Shown piece by piece: positions 1-12,714 of a stretch of DNA of 64,000 nt. The stretch comes from the human T2T-CHM13v2.0 reference genome, Homo sapiens. The translations under genes were made by a program, and so were the position numbers. The first letter of the stretch is position 1; the number at the start of each line of letters is the position of its first letter. The notes under the pieces are model-generated. The model made no database searches. It saw only the letters and a list, made by a program, of their open reading frames with translations, and had not been told where the DNA came from. The DNA is taken from the NCBI RefSeq assembly GCF_009914755.1, contig NC_060925.1; one strand, written 5' to 3'.

Positions 1-852
1 TGAGCAGCTCTCACAGCCATACACTGCCCCTGCTGGGGAGTCCATGTGGACCCCTCAGCTGGGACTGACCCCATCACCTGTAGTGAGACACACCAAGAAA
101 CACGCCCCATCAACACAAAAATGTCTGCTAGGCCAAATCTGGCACAAGCTTAGTGACAGCTGAGTTAAATTACTGTATCCATGGTGCAGTCACCAAATAC
201 TTGCAGCCCTCAATCATTTTCAGCTGTCTTTTTGGGGACAACAGAGACATATACAGATTGTCAATTCAACATGAGCTCATTTTATTAGACGCAATCAGCC
301 ATATGGCACTTTGCGACCAGTAGACGTGCTCCTTTGACAATCAGTGTTATTGAGCCTGATCAGTAATGAGTTAGCTACTGGTCTTGTCTTCCCTTAGAAG
401 AATCCATTTAACTCCTATGAGTGAGTCAGCTTTTTCCTAAGTGACATCTTTGAGGGGAATGCAATGCCAGCTTGTCACATGCCAGGCTCTGGCGCTCAGT
501 TCCAGAATGTTAGAGCTGGGAAGGTCTTGGTTCTCTCCTAGTCCTGTGGCTTTTGAGCTTTACTTTCTAAGTGCAAAACTTTCTTTCAAATGAAATCTTA
601 TGGGGAGGCCTGACTAAGACAGATTCTTCTGTAGGAGCTGGAAGGACAGCACAGAGCTCTCCCTCCCTTCCTCCTCCCCAGGCACCTCTGTGTGGTCAGG
701 GTTTATTAGAAAACCAGCAACGCTAGGCAAGCCACTCATTGTACACATCTTAAAAGCAGGACCCAGAGCAGCTGTGTGTGATATAGTCACACTGTGCCAT
801 GACAGAGCCAGGGTTGGAATTCCACTCTCAGATTCTAAGACCTCTACTATTA

Positions 853-923
853 TTATTATTATTATTATTATTTGAGATGGGATCTTGCTATGTTGCCCAG
901 ACTAAAGTGCAGTGGCCCTTACA
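853..923 (-). mobile_element. 5'-truncated 7SL/FAM-type retrocopy (3' end only) with (TAT)n tail, adjacent to a MIR remnant
   Basis: GAGATGGGATCTTGCTATGTTGCCCAGACTAAAGTGCAGTGGC resembles the reverse complement of the 7SL 3' end. Flanked by near-direct repeats AAGACCTCTACTATTA (837-852) and AAGATCTCTATTTTA (924-938). Confidence 0.6.
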
Positions 924-1231
924 AAGATCTCTATTTTAGTATTTCCAGAGAGTTCCATGGAAGATCTTTGAAAGATACAAATGGTCCCACATGTAGAAAC
1001 AGGTTATCATGAGGTTTGTTAGAGTTTATTGAGTGCTGTGTGAGAGGCCCCATGCAATGGCTTTCCATGCCAGCCCACAAATTTCAAACTGCAGTAGGAA
1101 TGGCATTACGTTCCCAGCCTAAATGCAGTTATCCCTAACTGCCCTCAGGACCTGGCATCTAGAGGCTGGGGCACCATGGGGTCCCAAATTCTCTGTGCCC
1201 TGAGACCTTGAGTCTATAGAACCAGCATGAA

Positions 1232-1848
1232 TGATATAGAAGTTATTAAGAAATTGTTTTAGGCAGTTAGTGTGGGTAAAAGAGTTCTCAGTGGAATTTC
1301 CTTTTAATAAAAAGCAGCCCCCAAACCATTTCTTTTCTAACAGAAAGCAGCCCAAAAGCCAAGCTGCAAGCATAGATAAGCAAGCTGGAAGGTCACATGT
1401 GTAAGTGCCAGCAGCTGTACCTGGAAGCCAAGTACATTCCAACATGGTGACTTCCCCTCCCTCTCCTTGTTGTCACCTGTGCAGGTGTCATGGCACCACC
1501 AGGTTGAGGCCACATTTGCATAATAAAAGATTAGGGTGGGAGGGCCAGTTTCTTCGAAGGCTGTGTAAATGACATACCTGGCCAAACCAATCCCCTGGGA
1601 CCTACGTAAATCAAACACCGCCTCCTCAAGCCCCTCTATATAATCAACTGCATCCCACCCCAAACTTAGAAACCCTCTTGGGCACCCCCTTCCTCTGCCT
1701 GAGGAAGCTCTCTCTCTCTCTCTTCTTTCTGTGTCTATTAAAGTTTCCGCCCCTTAAACCTACTCCGTGCGTGTGTGTCCATGTCGTTAATCTTGTCGGC
1801 TCGAGACAACGAACCTCGGGTATTTCCCCAGACAACGAAGCCGCTTCA
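1232..1848 (+). mobile_element. Solo ERV1 LTR, MER50-like
   Basis: Begins TGATATAGAAGTT...AAGAAATTGTTTTAGGCAG and ends GCCGCTTCA (TG...CA termini). TATA-like TCTATATAA near 1636 and ATTAAA near 1737. No matching TSD seen. Confidence 0.8.
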
Positions 1849-2279
1849 CTCTCAGATTGGCTAATGAGGCCCCTGCTACTGTGGAGCTGGCAGAGGTTTT
1901 AGTGGGAAGGGTCAAGAAGGGCCTTCATGGGGCCCTGGGGGTTCCTTAGCAACAGCAGCAGAGGGCTGTAGATAGGTCTATGGATGTCAGGGAAGACTCT
2001 AACTGGGGTGGGAAGGCAGATTCCACAGAAAAGGACAGCTAGCTAGCGATAGTCAGGTTCTATTATACATCTGGGAGACCTGTACTTGGCAGGCACTAAA
2101 TGGGCTATGAGCTAAGGCCTGGGCTGGACCCTGGGGACGGCCACGACATCTGCCTACCAGAATGGGCAGAAAGACCTCCGGGGATGCATCAGATTCTTCA
2201 TCTGCCTCCCCATCTGCTCAGACTGTCTCTAACCACCTACCACCATTGTCCTGGTTGAGCAGAAGAGGAACATAAGCCA

Positions 2280-2572
2280 GGCCCGTGTGCAGAGGTCCAT
2301 GCCTGTAATCCCAGTGCTTTGGGGGGCTGAGGCAGAAGGATCACTTGAGGCCAGGAGTTCAAGACCAGCCTGGGTAACACAGTGAGACCCTGTCTCTACA
2401 AAAAATAATAATTATCCAGGCATGGTGGTGTGGGTCTGTAGTCCTAGCTACTTCGGAGGCTGAAGTGGGAGGGTTTGTTGGGTTCAGGAGTTCAAGGCCA
2501 CAGTGAGCTATGATTGTGCCACTGCACTCCACCCTGGGTGACAATGAGACCTTGTCTCTAAAAAAGAAAAAA
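2280..2572 (+). mobile_element. AluJ, full length
   Basis: Dimeric Alu with J-type diagnostics and A tail. TSD GAACATAAGCC at 2268-2278 and 2573-2583. Confidence 0.95.
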
Positions 2573-3529
2573 GAACATAAGCCGATATCAAAGACCACAG
2601 AGGTGCAAGTCAGGGCCAAAAAGGGACCAACAAGGCGTTGCTGGGCTTCCCTGAAGGAGGTCCTGGAGCCCCCAGAGGCTGGCCGGCCTGGGCTAGGACG
2701 GGGCTGTCGTTATGGCTCTAATCTATTGCCATTACCACCCCCACCCAGCCCCCTACTCCCCCACTCCCCTACATACACACCAAGTCCCTGCCTAGGTCAG
2801 GCGGGCTGAGCCAAGACAAACACAGCACATGAGCTCACTATTCTGAGGCTGCAGCTCAGATGTGCTATCTGAAATGTGGGGTTTGGACTGGGGTCTTAAC
2901 CGGAAAAAATAAGCAAGAAATTTTGAAACAAAAGAAAATGTTAACTTGAACCATTTCAGGGATCACTTTACCTTAAAGCTGTTCAGATTCAAACATTGCT
3001 AATGGCAAAGCCAAGATTTAAATGGGCCCATTGGGAAAAGAAGTAAAATGGGGGGATTTCCAGGAATGGATAAGAAGGTTAGAATCTGCAGTACATTAAA
3101 ATTTTAAAAGGATAAAAGGTAGAAAACCAGCCCCAGGAGATTGCCATGAACTCTGACATGAGGGGGTTGGAGCACAAGCCCCACCTTTCCTTCTGCAATT
3201 GCAGATTTCCAGGATTCAATTCCATTTCAATTGCCTCATTTCCTTTTTCTCTTTCTTTGTTGCACAGTGATAGTTTGGAAAGTGGGAGGGACAGGCTAGA
3301 GGAGAAAGGGCTGGGGATAATGGGAGACAGTGTGGTAAAGAGGAGCACCACAGTACTCCGTCCCTAAAGAAGGGACTCAGAATGGGCAGCTCCTCAGAGC
3401 CAGCAGGTGAGGCCAAGTACACCAGCTTCTTGGTGCATTTTCAGTGACAGGTCATTTTCCTCCTACAAGTGCGTGTCTCCCTATCCAGGGAAAGAGCAAT
3501 AGTAGGTGAAGGTTGTTAGTTGCCTGAGC

Positions 3530-4110
3530 AGAGAAATGGAGGCTTGATGTTAAGTTGAGACCAGATCTCAGTGAGCTTTGAAAGCTGTGAGAGTTTGGAC
3601 CTTATTCCATAGGTGAGGGTCCGCAATCACATACAGATCTGTGGATGCTCTGGAGGAGTTTACATTCTCACGAGAAGGACAAGCAATTAACTCTCTAAGC
3701 TATTGCATTTAATTAATTAACCTTGGCAAGCCCTACCAAGGACAAGTATGAGTTACCCTGACAGCAGATAATGGGGACAGGACTTCCTCTGTGGTTACCG
3801 ACAGGAGATGACCCAAATTAGGGGGAGGAAGAGCATGAGTTTAGTCTGGGAATTGTTGAGCTTGAAAGGGGCTGTAGATGCCCAGTGGCAAAGGAAAGCA
3901 GACAGTTAAAATTGGATTAGCTATGCCAATCTAGAGCTCAGAAAGAAAGAGAGAGCTACAGATATGGTTGGAATTGAAGGCATGGACATAGATGGATGGG
4001 ATTATTTGGGAAGAATATAGAGACATATGAGGGTCTAGAATGGAACCTTCACAATAACATTTGAAAGTCAGGTAGGGAAGGATAAATCAGCAAACGAGAC
4101 TAAGGAAGCA
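3530..4110 (-). mobile_element. L2 LINE fragments
   Basis: Purine-rich L2 antisense motifs, e.g. GAGTTTAGTCTGGGAATTGTTGAGCTTGA and CTAGAGCTCAGAAAGAAAG. A + strand L2 3' end follows at about 4111-4196 (CAATAAACATTTATTGAATTGAA). Confidence 0.7.
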
Positions 4111-4239
4111 TGTGTCTGATCCATTGATTATTGTGTTCCCTAGAACCAAGCCCAGTACTTGGCATAGAGTAATCAATAAACATTTATTGAATTGAAACGT
4201 ATATCATCTTGATTGTCTTTTCCCAGTGAAAAAACAAGC

Positions 4240-4475
4240 TGTGTTAATCAGCTATTGCTGCAATGGTGTTGTGTAACAAACGACCCCACAGCTCAGAGAT
4301 TCTCTAGCTTCACAGCTAGCTCCAGTCTGTTCACATCTCCCAGCTGGGGCTGAGCCTGAAGGGCAGTGGTTACTCATGCTCTCATGGCAAGCACTTTTAG
4401 AGCCAGTGCCCGCATCATGCCCACCCACATTCCATTGGCAAGCCATAGCCAATCCCAAAATCAAAGAGACAAGTC
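4240..4475 (-). mobile_element. MLT1J/K-type MaLR LTR fragment
   Basis: TGTGTTAATCAGCTATTGCTGCAATGGTGTTGTGTAACAAAC start and CACATTCCATTGGCAAG...CCCAAAATCAA motif. Confidence 0.7.
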
Positions 4476-4489
4476 GTAGATGAGAATGA

Positions 4490-4705
4490 GCACTTACTTT
4501 AGACCCTGAGCAATTTGTGTTCAAATCCTGGATCTACCACTAATAAATGCATCAACTAAGTCAACTTACTTAACCTATCTGAGCCTCATTTTCCACACCT
4601 TTAAAACAGGTGTAATAATAGCTCCTTTAGGGGTCTTGAGGATTAAACATGATATACATGAAGAACTTATGACACCTGGTAAGTGAGAAATAACCAGTAG
4701 CTACT
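4490..4705 (+). mobile_element. MIR SINE
   Basis: Core TTACTTAACCTATCTGAGCCTCATTTTCC...AAAACAGG...GAGGATTAAA. Confidence 0.8.
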
Positions 4706-5699
4706 GTGATCTCTGACCTCCCCTTCTAACTGTAGCCCTGAATCTCAAAAGCTTGGATGCTTTAACCAGAGCTCCATGCTCACATCTCAGGTGGGGTTGT
4801 GCCCACATCCCCCAGCAGCTCAGGAGAAAAGCTCACCCTGAATTCCGTCTCTGAGACACACCCTGGGGCAGGAAAGGGAGCAGAAAAAATAATCAAGAAG
4901 TCTTGAGGCAGGGTCCAATTCAGCCATTTACCAAATGCCTCCCAGATTTGCTGGAGCTGATGTTTAGTTTTTATCCAGTCCAAACCCACACTTTTGCCTG
5001 GAGGCATCCTTATGAGAAGTCCTCTTACTTTCCAGGCCCAGCTTTTAGTTCTGCCTGTGTTTTGAGTGATACCAAAGTACTAATGGGGAATAAAATTATG
5101 CAAGCAGACAGCTTTTCCAAATGGGACTTTTCCCAGACTGCATTTGAACTAGACCTTGGCCTGAAACGCAATATCCAGAGCTTTCTTTGTAGCTTTCTTT
5201 ATGGCTTGAGAAGTCTTTTTCCATGCACGCTTATGTAAAGATGAAGAATTTATAAGATTCAATGAGATGTCTGGCATCAGTCCCGGCTGTATCTACTGAA
5301 GGCTGTTTTCTTTTCTCCATATCCACTGTTTAGTAAATTACCAGAGTAGCCATCAGGAAATAGATGATCAGTGATATTGCCATCATCATTATTTCATAAT
5401 GGCCATTCAATATGTTTTTCTTTATAGCTCTTAAGAAATGCACTTCTGTAATTCAGCATCCTTTCTCAAATTTTAAGCAGCAGGTTTTCTTTGACATTAA
5501 TTCATTTACTCTACAAGTATTTATTGAGCACTTACCTGTGTCAGGCACATGGTAAGGGCTGAGAATTTAGTAGTAAATAACTACTGCAGCCACTGCCCTT
5601 GTGGCGAGTATAGATGAGGAAACAGAGTCTCAAAAAGAGTAAAGTTTGGCCAAAGTCACAACACAAGTTTGAGCTGAAATTGGAAGTCATATATGCCAA

Positions 5700-5844
5700 C
5701 AGGACCAGCTTCATAACTTGCAAAGCCCAGTGGTAGATGAAAATATAGGCACTTGTCCAAAAACGACTAAGAATTTCAAGACAGCAACATCCAAGCATTA
5801 AACCAAGTGCAGGACCCTGTCCCACACCCAGGTAGCTGGCGCCG
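5700..5844 (-). mobile_element. MER45A hAT-Tip100 DNA transposon
   Basis: CAGGACCAGCTTCATAACTTGC...AAGAATTTCAAGACAGC...GCATTAAACCAAGTGC matches the MER45A reverse complement. L2 and MIR remnants lie just upstream (5495-5690). Confidence 0.8.
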
Positions 5845-8800
5845 TGCTCTGAGTCATAATTTTTAAATCAGTTTTGACTAATTCTGTACTTAAATGACCA
5901 TGAAAAAGTGATGGGAGGGGTGTACTGTGGAGTAAGGATGAAACCACCAATAATCTTGAGCTAAGGAACAAATAGGAAATTCACATATGGTATTTCTGTT
6001 TGCTGGCCCCTTTTTCAGAGTTAAATGTTTAGACATAGTCCTACCTTGATAAATTTTTCACAGCAGAACACCCCAACTGGGATTTCCAAATCCTTCCATC
6101 ACACACGGAGGAGCTAGGATTTGCAAACCCACTTGTCTGTATACCAGTCCTGTGGGGAAAGACCTTACACATGTAAATAGCCAAACCAGACCAGTGTATG
6201 AATCGGTTGGTCGGTCAAGCAAGCACTGACATACTAGCAGGAGTTCTGCCTGTGGTTTTTTTGGTTTATTTCTTTGCAAAGACAACATCAGCTACCAAAG
6301 AAAAGGAAACAACTCCACCCTTTACTTGAGATTGTGCACCAAAGTCAGCCTGATTAAACCAGGAGGTTTTGCCCTGTTTTCTGATGGAGATGTGCCCCTA
6401 CCTTGTTCACTCTGCAGGAAGGCAAAGCATGGGTTTGTTGACCTCATAGCTAATTCATTTGACTGGAGCTAGTGTATGGGAAGATACAGGAGTAGAGGGG
6501 AAGATAGATGCACTAATCAGACAGCATACATGGCTGGCCTGCTATCAGCAGTCTGGCCTTCATCTCAACAGACGTTTACTCTACAAAATTGGAAAAACCA
6601 CTTCACTCTCTGAGCCTGCTCTCCCACCTGTGAAATGGGAAAGTGGGACCAAGTCAAATAAAAATCTCCCAGTTGTCATTGCCATCTGGTAATCGTGCAC
6701 ATCCTCTGGGCTTGGAGCAGCTCCTCTTTCCCATAGTCCCAGGAAAGAGATCCTGGCTCTCAGAGAAAGTGAGGAGAGAACATTTTAAATGCCTTTGTTT
6801 CATAACTGCAAACCGGAAGGCCTTGCAGCCTTGACCAGACAGACATCTTAGGGAGGTTTCCTTCCCTCCTCTGATTCCCCTGGGGGACTGGGACTGAAAG
6901 ATACAAACTGAGGTCCTGCGAGTAGTCATTGCGACCAGTCCTCATCTGGGAAGTGTGTTCCCACAGCACTGGGAGCTGTCCTCTGCCAGCTTAGTTTTTT
7001 TTCTCACTTGTTTTAATGGTTCACACACCCACTCCATGTCTGTCTGATTTTCAGGCCACAATGCCCAAGTGTGACCCCAGAAACTCCTTGGTCTCACTGT
7101 CTCACAAGGTCAGGTGAAGAGGAAAGAGTAGCTACCTGTTAGAAAGGGTATCCTCTTTCCTTTACCCCTTCTCCTTGTCTACTTTTTCTTCCATTAGTTC
7201 TTCCATTTAAAACTCATTTTCAAAAGCTCCCAAATTGCTACTTGGCAGCAGATGGGGCACTGAAAAGAGGAATGACAGGAAAGGTGGAGCCCATCTGATT
7301 GACTTTTCCTCCTTCATTGCAACTTTCTCAGGGTTCTCTGCATTACACATTTCAAAAGGAAAGTTCTGGGCACCATCCTTGGTCATGGTGGGAATTTAAT
7401 TGACTTGGACTCAGGTGGCACTGGAGCCAACTGGAAGCCACCAAGCTCTGTTCTCTCTCCAGTTCCTCAACTAACTAGAAGGCTGATCCTAAATGTAAAG
7501 CCCTTTAGATCTAAAACCAGCAGGAGAGGAAGGGTGGGTAGAAAGACCTGCCCCACAAGAGATTGTGAGGGTGTTGGAAGGAGTTCACCAAACTGTGAGC
7601 TCCTTAGAGGGAATAATGAGGCCAGGTGCTGAGTTTTTTAAAGTGGGAGGTAAAGAGGGGATTGATCAATGTGGGGGAGTAACAGAGTGAGAGGGGAATT
7701 TCTCTGCCCTTTTGGACAAGGAAAAATAATTAGTCATCCCCCCTCTGCCCACTTCGTAACATACATACATGTGTGTTACACCACAAATGGGTAAAAAAAT
7801 AATAACACTAAAGTCGAAGTTTCCACCAGATTGGTAAAGTAGCTGTGAAGAATTTTAAATGGTTTTGAGTAAAGTTTCCAAGGAAAGGAGAGACATACCC
7901 TCACAGTAGTTTTTCTCCAGAAGGACTTTGGGCCCGTTTACAATCTCCCTCTTTCAACTTCTCAACAAAAATATCAGTTTGAAGTCTGATCAGGCACCTG
8001 CAGTAGAGTGTCCTTGCAGATGGTCCCAGGATACACAGCAGCCTGTCCAAGGGTTTATGTGTTTATTCTCTACTTCGTTCTCCTCACAAATCATACATTT
8101 GTGATGTTTCTCCTCATAAATCATACATTCTCTACTTCGTTCTCCTTTGTATCTGAGAATAACGTTCTCTTCGTTATTCTCAGTTACAAAGATCTGAGGA
8201 GGCATTCAGACGAAATAGATATAACAATATCTATGTGTTAATACACATGATTAAAGACTTTGTTGGTGCTGGAATACCAGCAAAATGATAGACTAGGAAG
8301 CTCCTAATTTGCATTTCCCCACAGAAGAATTTTTTAAAACCTAGAAACTTTCTGAACCAATTTTGTCACAGCACTGGAAAACAGTTAAAGGTTTACAGCA
8401 ATCAAGTGAAGGCCCAATCAAGAAAAAGTCATCTTCAAAATGGCAGGGAAGTTTTGTGTTTTAACTCACCCTGGCCCCATCCTCTCCCCGGTGTGGCAGC
8501 AGTCTTTGTCTTGAAACACAGCAGCCAGCCTTGTTCCAATTTCCTCCTTGTAAACTGGAAGAATCAGAGCAGATATTACTTGCGAATTATTATATACATG
8601 TCTTTTAAACTGTCTGGGAGATAAGTGAAGGACTGACTCACTAATCTGTGTTACCTAACTCAGAACACAGCTGGAAAAATAAGTGGACACTGTTAATAAA
8701 AGCTGCAAGATCACTATAGGCTCATGGCCTGGGCAAGAGATTTTGAGTGGAGCCATAGAGTAGACCATCTAAGGCCCAGATGAGAAGCTGGAGTAAGACT

Positions 8801-10726
8801 CTTTGGGAAATTAGGACACTCAAAAGCAGCTGTTACGAGAGAATTTAGAAAGCCATGTGCATGCCCAGGCAAGACACAGGCTCACAAAGTCTGAAGAAAG
8901 CCTTAGGCTTTACCTGAAGCTGATCCCTAGGGTCTGAATAAGCCTCGCTAGTCTTGAAAGAGTGCTCTAGTACAGAGGCTATCTGAAAAGACTGCAAGAG
9001 CCCTTAGGATTGAAGGAAATCTCTGTCAAAGCATTAGCTGAACACAAACTAAAGGAATACAGACTTCAGTGATTACATGTGACAAGGAATAGTCTTGGGA
9101 AAACAGTCTGAAAAACTCTCAGACATTGATGCCACAGGCTTCAACAATTTTTACAAAAAAAAAAACACAAACAAACAAACAAAAAACAGTGACCTCTGGG
9201 GAAGGAAAAGATTCTGATTTTCAGAGTTACCACATTGTAACAGTGAGATGTTCAATGTTTACAAAAAACACAAGGTATACAAAGAAACAGGAAAACATGG
9301 TTCACGCAAGTAAAAAATGAAAAAAAAAAAGATATTGACAGAAACCAACCCTGTGGAAACCCAGACATCAGACTTACTACACAAAAACCTTAAAACAGCT
9401 GTTTTAAAGATGCTCAAATAACTAAAGGAAAACACAGGCAAACCACTAAAGGAAATCAGAAAAATGATAGATGAGCAAAATGTCAATATTACCAGAGACC
9501 AAAATTTTAAGAAATACCAAACAAATTTTGGAACTGTAAGTACAATAACTGAAATGAAAATTTCACTACATGTATTTAACAGCAGATTCAATTTCAACAG
9601 GCACAAGAAAGATATATGAACTTGAAGACAAGACAATTGAAATTATCTTGTCTGAAGAATGGAAAGAAAAAAGAATGAAGAAAAGTGAACAGAGCCTAAG
9701 AGATTTGTGGGACACCATTAAGAGACTCGTGGGAATCTAAGAGACTTGTGGGACAAACACAAATTAGGGAAGTTCCAGAAGGAGAAGAGAGAAAGGAAGG
9801 GAAAGAAAGAAAATTGAAAAAAATAATGGCTAAAAACTCCCCAAATTTGATGCCAGACATGAATGCACAAATTCATGAAACTTGATGAACTCTAAGTAGG
9901 ATAAACTCAAAGAGAACCATACAAAGACACATTATAATCAACTGCCAAAAGACAAAGAAAGAATATTGAAAGTAGCAAGAGAGAAGCAAGTCATAACATA
10001 CAAAGAATGCTCCGTAAGATTATCAGCAGAATTATCATTAGAAACTTTGGATCTCAGGAAGCAATGAACAGATAGCGTAAAGTGCTGAAAGGAAAGTGAC
10101 CTGTCAAATGAGAATTTTATATGCATAAAAATTGTCTTCCAAAAATGAGAAATTAAGACATTCCCAGATAAACAAAAACTGGGGGGGTTCATTACCTATC
10201 CTATGGGAAATGCTAAAGGGAGCCCTTGAAGTTGTAATTAAAGAAAACTATACAGTAACTCAAAGCCATATGAAGAAATAAAGATCTCTGTAAATGTAAA
10301 TACATGGGCAAGTATAAAGCCAGTATTTCTAAAATTTTGAACTTATTTTCTACTGGGATTAAAAAAAGAAGGGATAAAATAATTATAAATCTATGTTATT
10401 GAGCACACAATGTTTAAAGATGTCATGTATGATTTGTGACATTAATGACATGAAGGGGAGGATGAAGCTATGTAGGAGTAGTTTTTGTGTGTGATTGAAG
10501 TTAAGTTGGTGGTAATTAAATCTAATTGTTATAACTTTAGGAGGTTATATATGGTAACCACATATGGTAACCACAAAGAAAATATCTATAGAATATACAC
10601 AAAAGTAAATGGGAAGGGAATAAAAATGTATCACTACAAAAAATCAACTAAATACAAAAGAAGGTAGTAATGAAAGAAATGAGATAAATGATAATGAAAT
10701 ACAACATATCAAAACTTACGGGATGC

Positions 10727-12156
10727 ATAACTTCAAAGTATATATGTTTACAGTAACCAAACCAGCATGGTACTGGCACAAAAATAGACACATAGACCAA
10801 CAGAACAGAATAGAGAACACAGAAATAAAGCTACACAACTACAAACAACTGATCTTAAAAAAAATCAACCAAAGTAAGCAATGGGGAAAAGTCGCTGTTA
10901 AATAAATGGTGTTGGGAGAACTGGCTAACCATATGCAGAAGAATTAAATTGAACACCTATTTATCACCATACACAAAAAACAACTCAATATGGATTAAAG
11001 ACTTAAATGTAAGACCTTGAACTATATAAATCCTGGAAGAAAACCTAGGAAATACACTTCCGGACATTGTCCTAGGCAAAGAGTTTATGACTAAGTCCTC
11101 AAAAGCAATTTCAACAAAAACAAAAATTGACAAGTGAGATCTCATTAAACTAAAGAGTCTGCACAGCAAAAGAAACCATCAACAAAGTAAACAGACAACC
11201 TATAGAATGGAAGAAAATATTTGCAAACAATGCATCTGACAACGGACTCATATCCAGAATCTGTAAGGAACTTAAACATATCAACAAGCAAAATACAAAT
11301 AACCCTATTAAAAAGAGGGCAAATGACACGAACAGACACTTTTCAAAAGAAGACGTATGAGTGACCAACAAACATATGAAAAAATACTCAACATTACTAG
11401 TCATCAGAGAAATGCAAATCAAAACCGCAATGAGACACCATCTCACATCAGTCAGAATGGCTATTATTAAAACTTCAAAAAATGACAGATGTTGGTGAAG
11501 CTGCAGAGAAAAGGGACTGCAAATACACTGTTGGTAGGAATGCAAATTAGTTCAGCCACTGTAGGAAGCAGTTGGGAGATTTCCCAAATAACTAAAAATA
11601 TAACTACCATTTGACACAGCAATCCTATTACTGGGTATATACCCAAAGGAAAATAGGTCATTCTACCAAAAAGACACCCGCACTCATACATTCATCACAG
11701 CACTATTCACAATAGCAAAGACAGAATCAACCTAGGTGCCCATCAATCATGGATTTGATAAAGAAAATGCAGCATATGTACACTATGGAGTACTATGCAG
11801 CCATTAAAAATAATAAAATCATATCCTTTGCAGCAACATGGATGCAGCTGGAGGCCATTATCCTAAGTGAATTAATGCGGAAACAGAAAACCAAATGTCT
11901 CATGTTCTCACTTAGGTGGAAAATAAACCTTGAGTACACGTGGACATAAAGATGGAAAAAACAAACACTAGGGACTCCAAAAGGAGAGGAGGAGAGAGGC
12001 GGCAAGGGCTGAAAAGCTTCCTATTGGATGCTGTGTTTATTATCTGGATAACAGGATCAATAGAAGCCCAAACCTCAGCACCACACAAATATCCTGTAAC
12101 AAACCTGCACACGTATCCCCTGAATCTAAAATTTAAAAAATTATAATTAAAAATCC
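10727..12156 (+). mobile_element. 5'-truncated L1PA16/17-like element nested in the older L1
   Basis: ORF2 3' part plus 3' UTR ending AGAAGCCCAAACCTCAGC...CCCCTGAATCTAAAATTTAAAAAA. TSD CTTACGGGATGC (10715-10726) / CTTATGGGATTC (12157-12168). Confidence 0.85.
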
Positions 12157-12714
12157 CTTATGGGATTCGGTAAAAGTGATGCTAGGAAAAAACGTGTAGA
12201 TTTCAATGCTTACATTAAAAAAGAAGAAAAATCTCAAATTCACAAACTAACTTTATGCCTTAGGAAACTATGAAAAGAAGAATAAACTAAAACCAAAGCT
12301 GTCAAAAGGAACATAATTAATAAATAATAAAGATTAGAGCAGAAATTTTTTAAAAAGAGAGTAGAAAAATAGAGAAAATTAACAAAATTAAATGTTGATT
12401 ATTCAAAAAAAACAACATTGAGAAAACTTTAGCTACATTATCTAAGGAAAAAAGAGAGAAGATTCGAATAACTAAAGTCAGAAATAAAAGTGGGGACATT
12501 ACCATCAATTTTACAGAAATAAAAATGATTAAAAGAGAATACGATGAATAATTATACACCAACAAACTGGATAAAGTAGTAAATTTAAAAATTCCTATAA
12601 AACATAAAATCTATCACAATTGACTCAGGGAGACATAGAAAATCTGATCAGATGTATAACTAGGAAGGAGATTGAATCGCTTATCAAAAACCTCCAAGAA
12701 AGAAAAGCCCAGGA

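Noticed and set aside
421-1968. Isolated AP-1/ARE-like motif (TGAGTCAGC at 422) and CTCF-like motif (GCAGCAGAGGGCTG at 1955)
   Set aside because: Single imperfect motifs are expected by chance in 64 kb.
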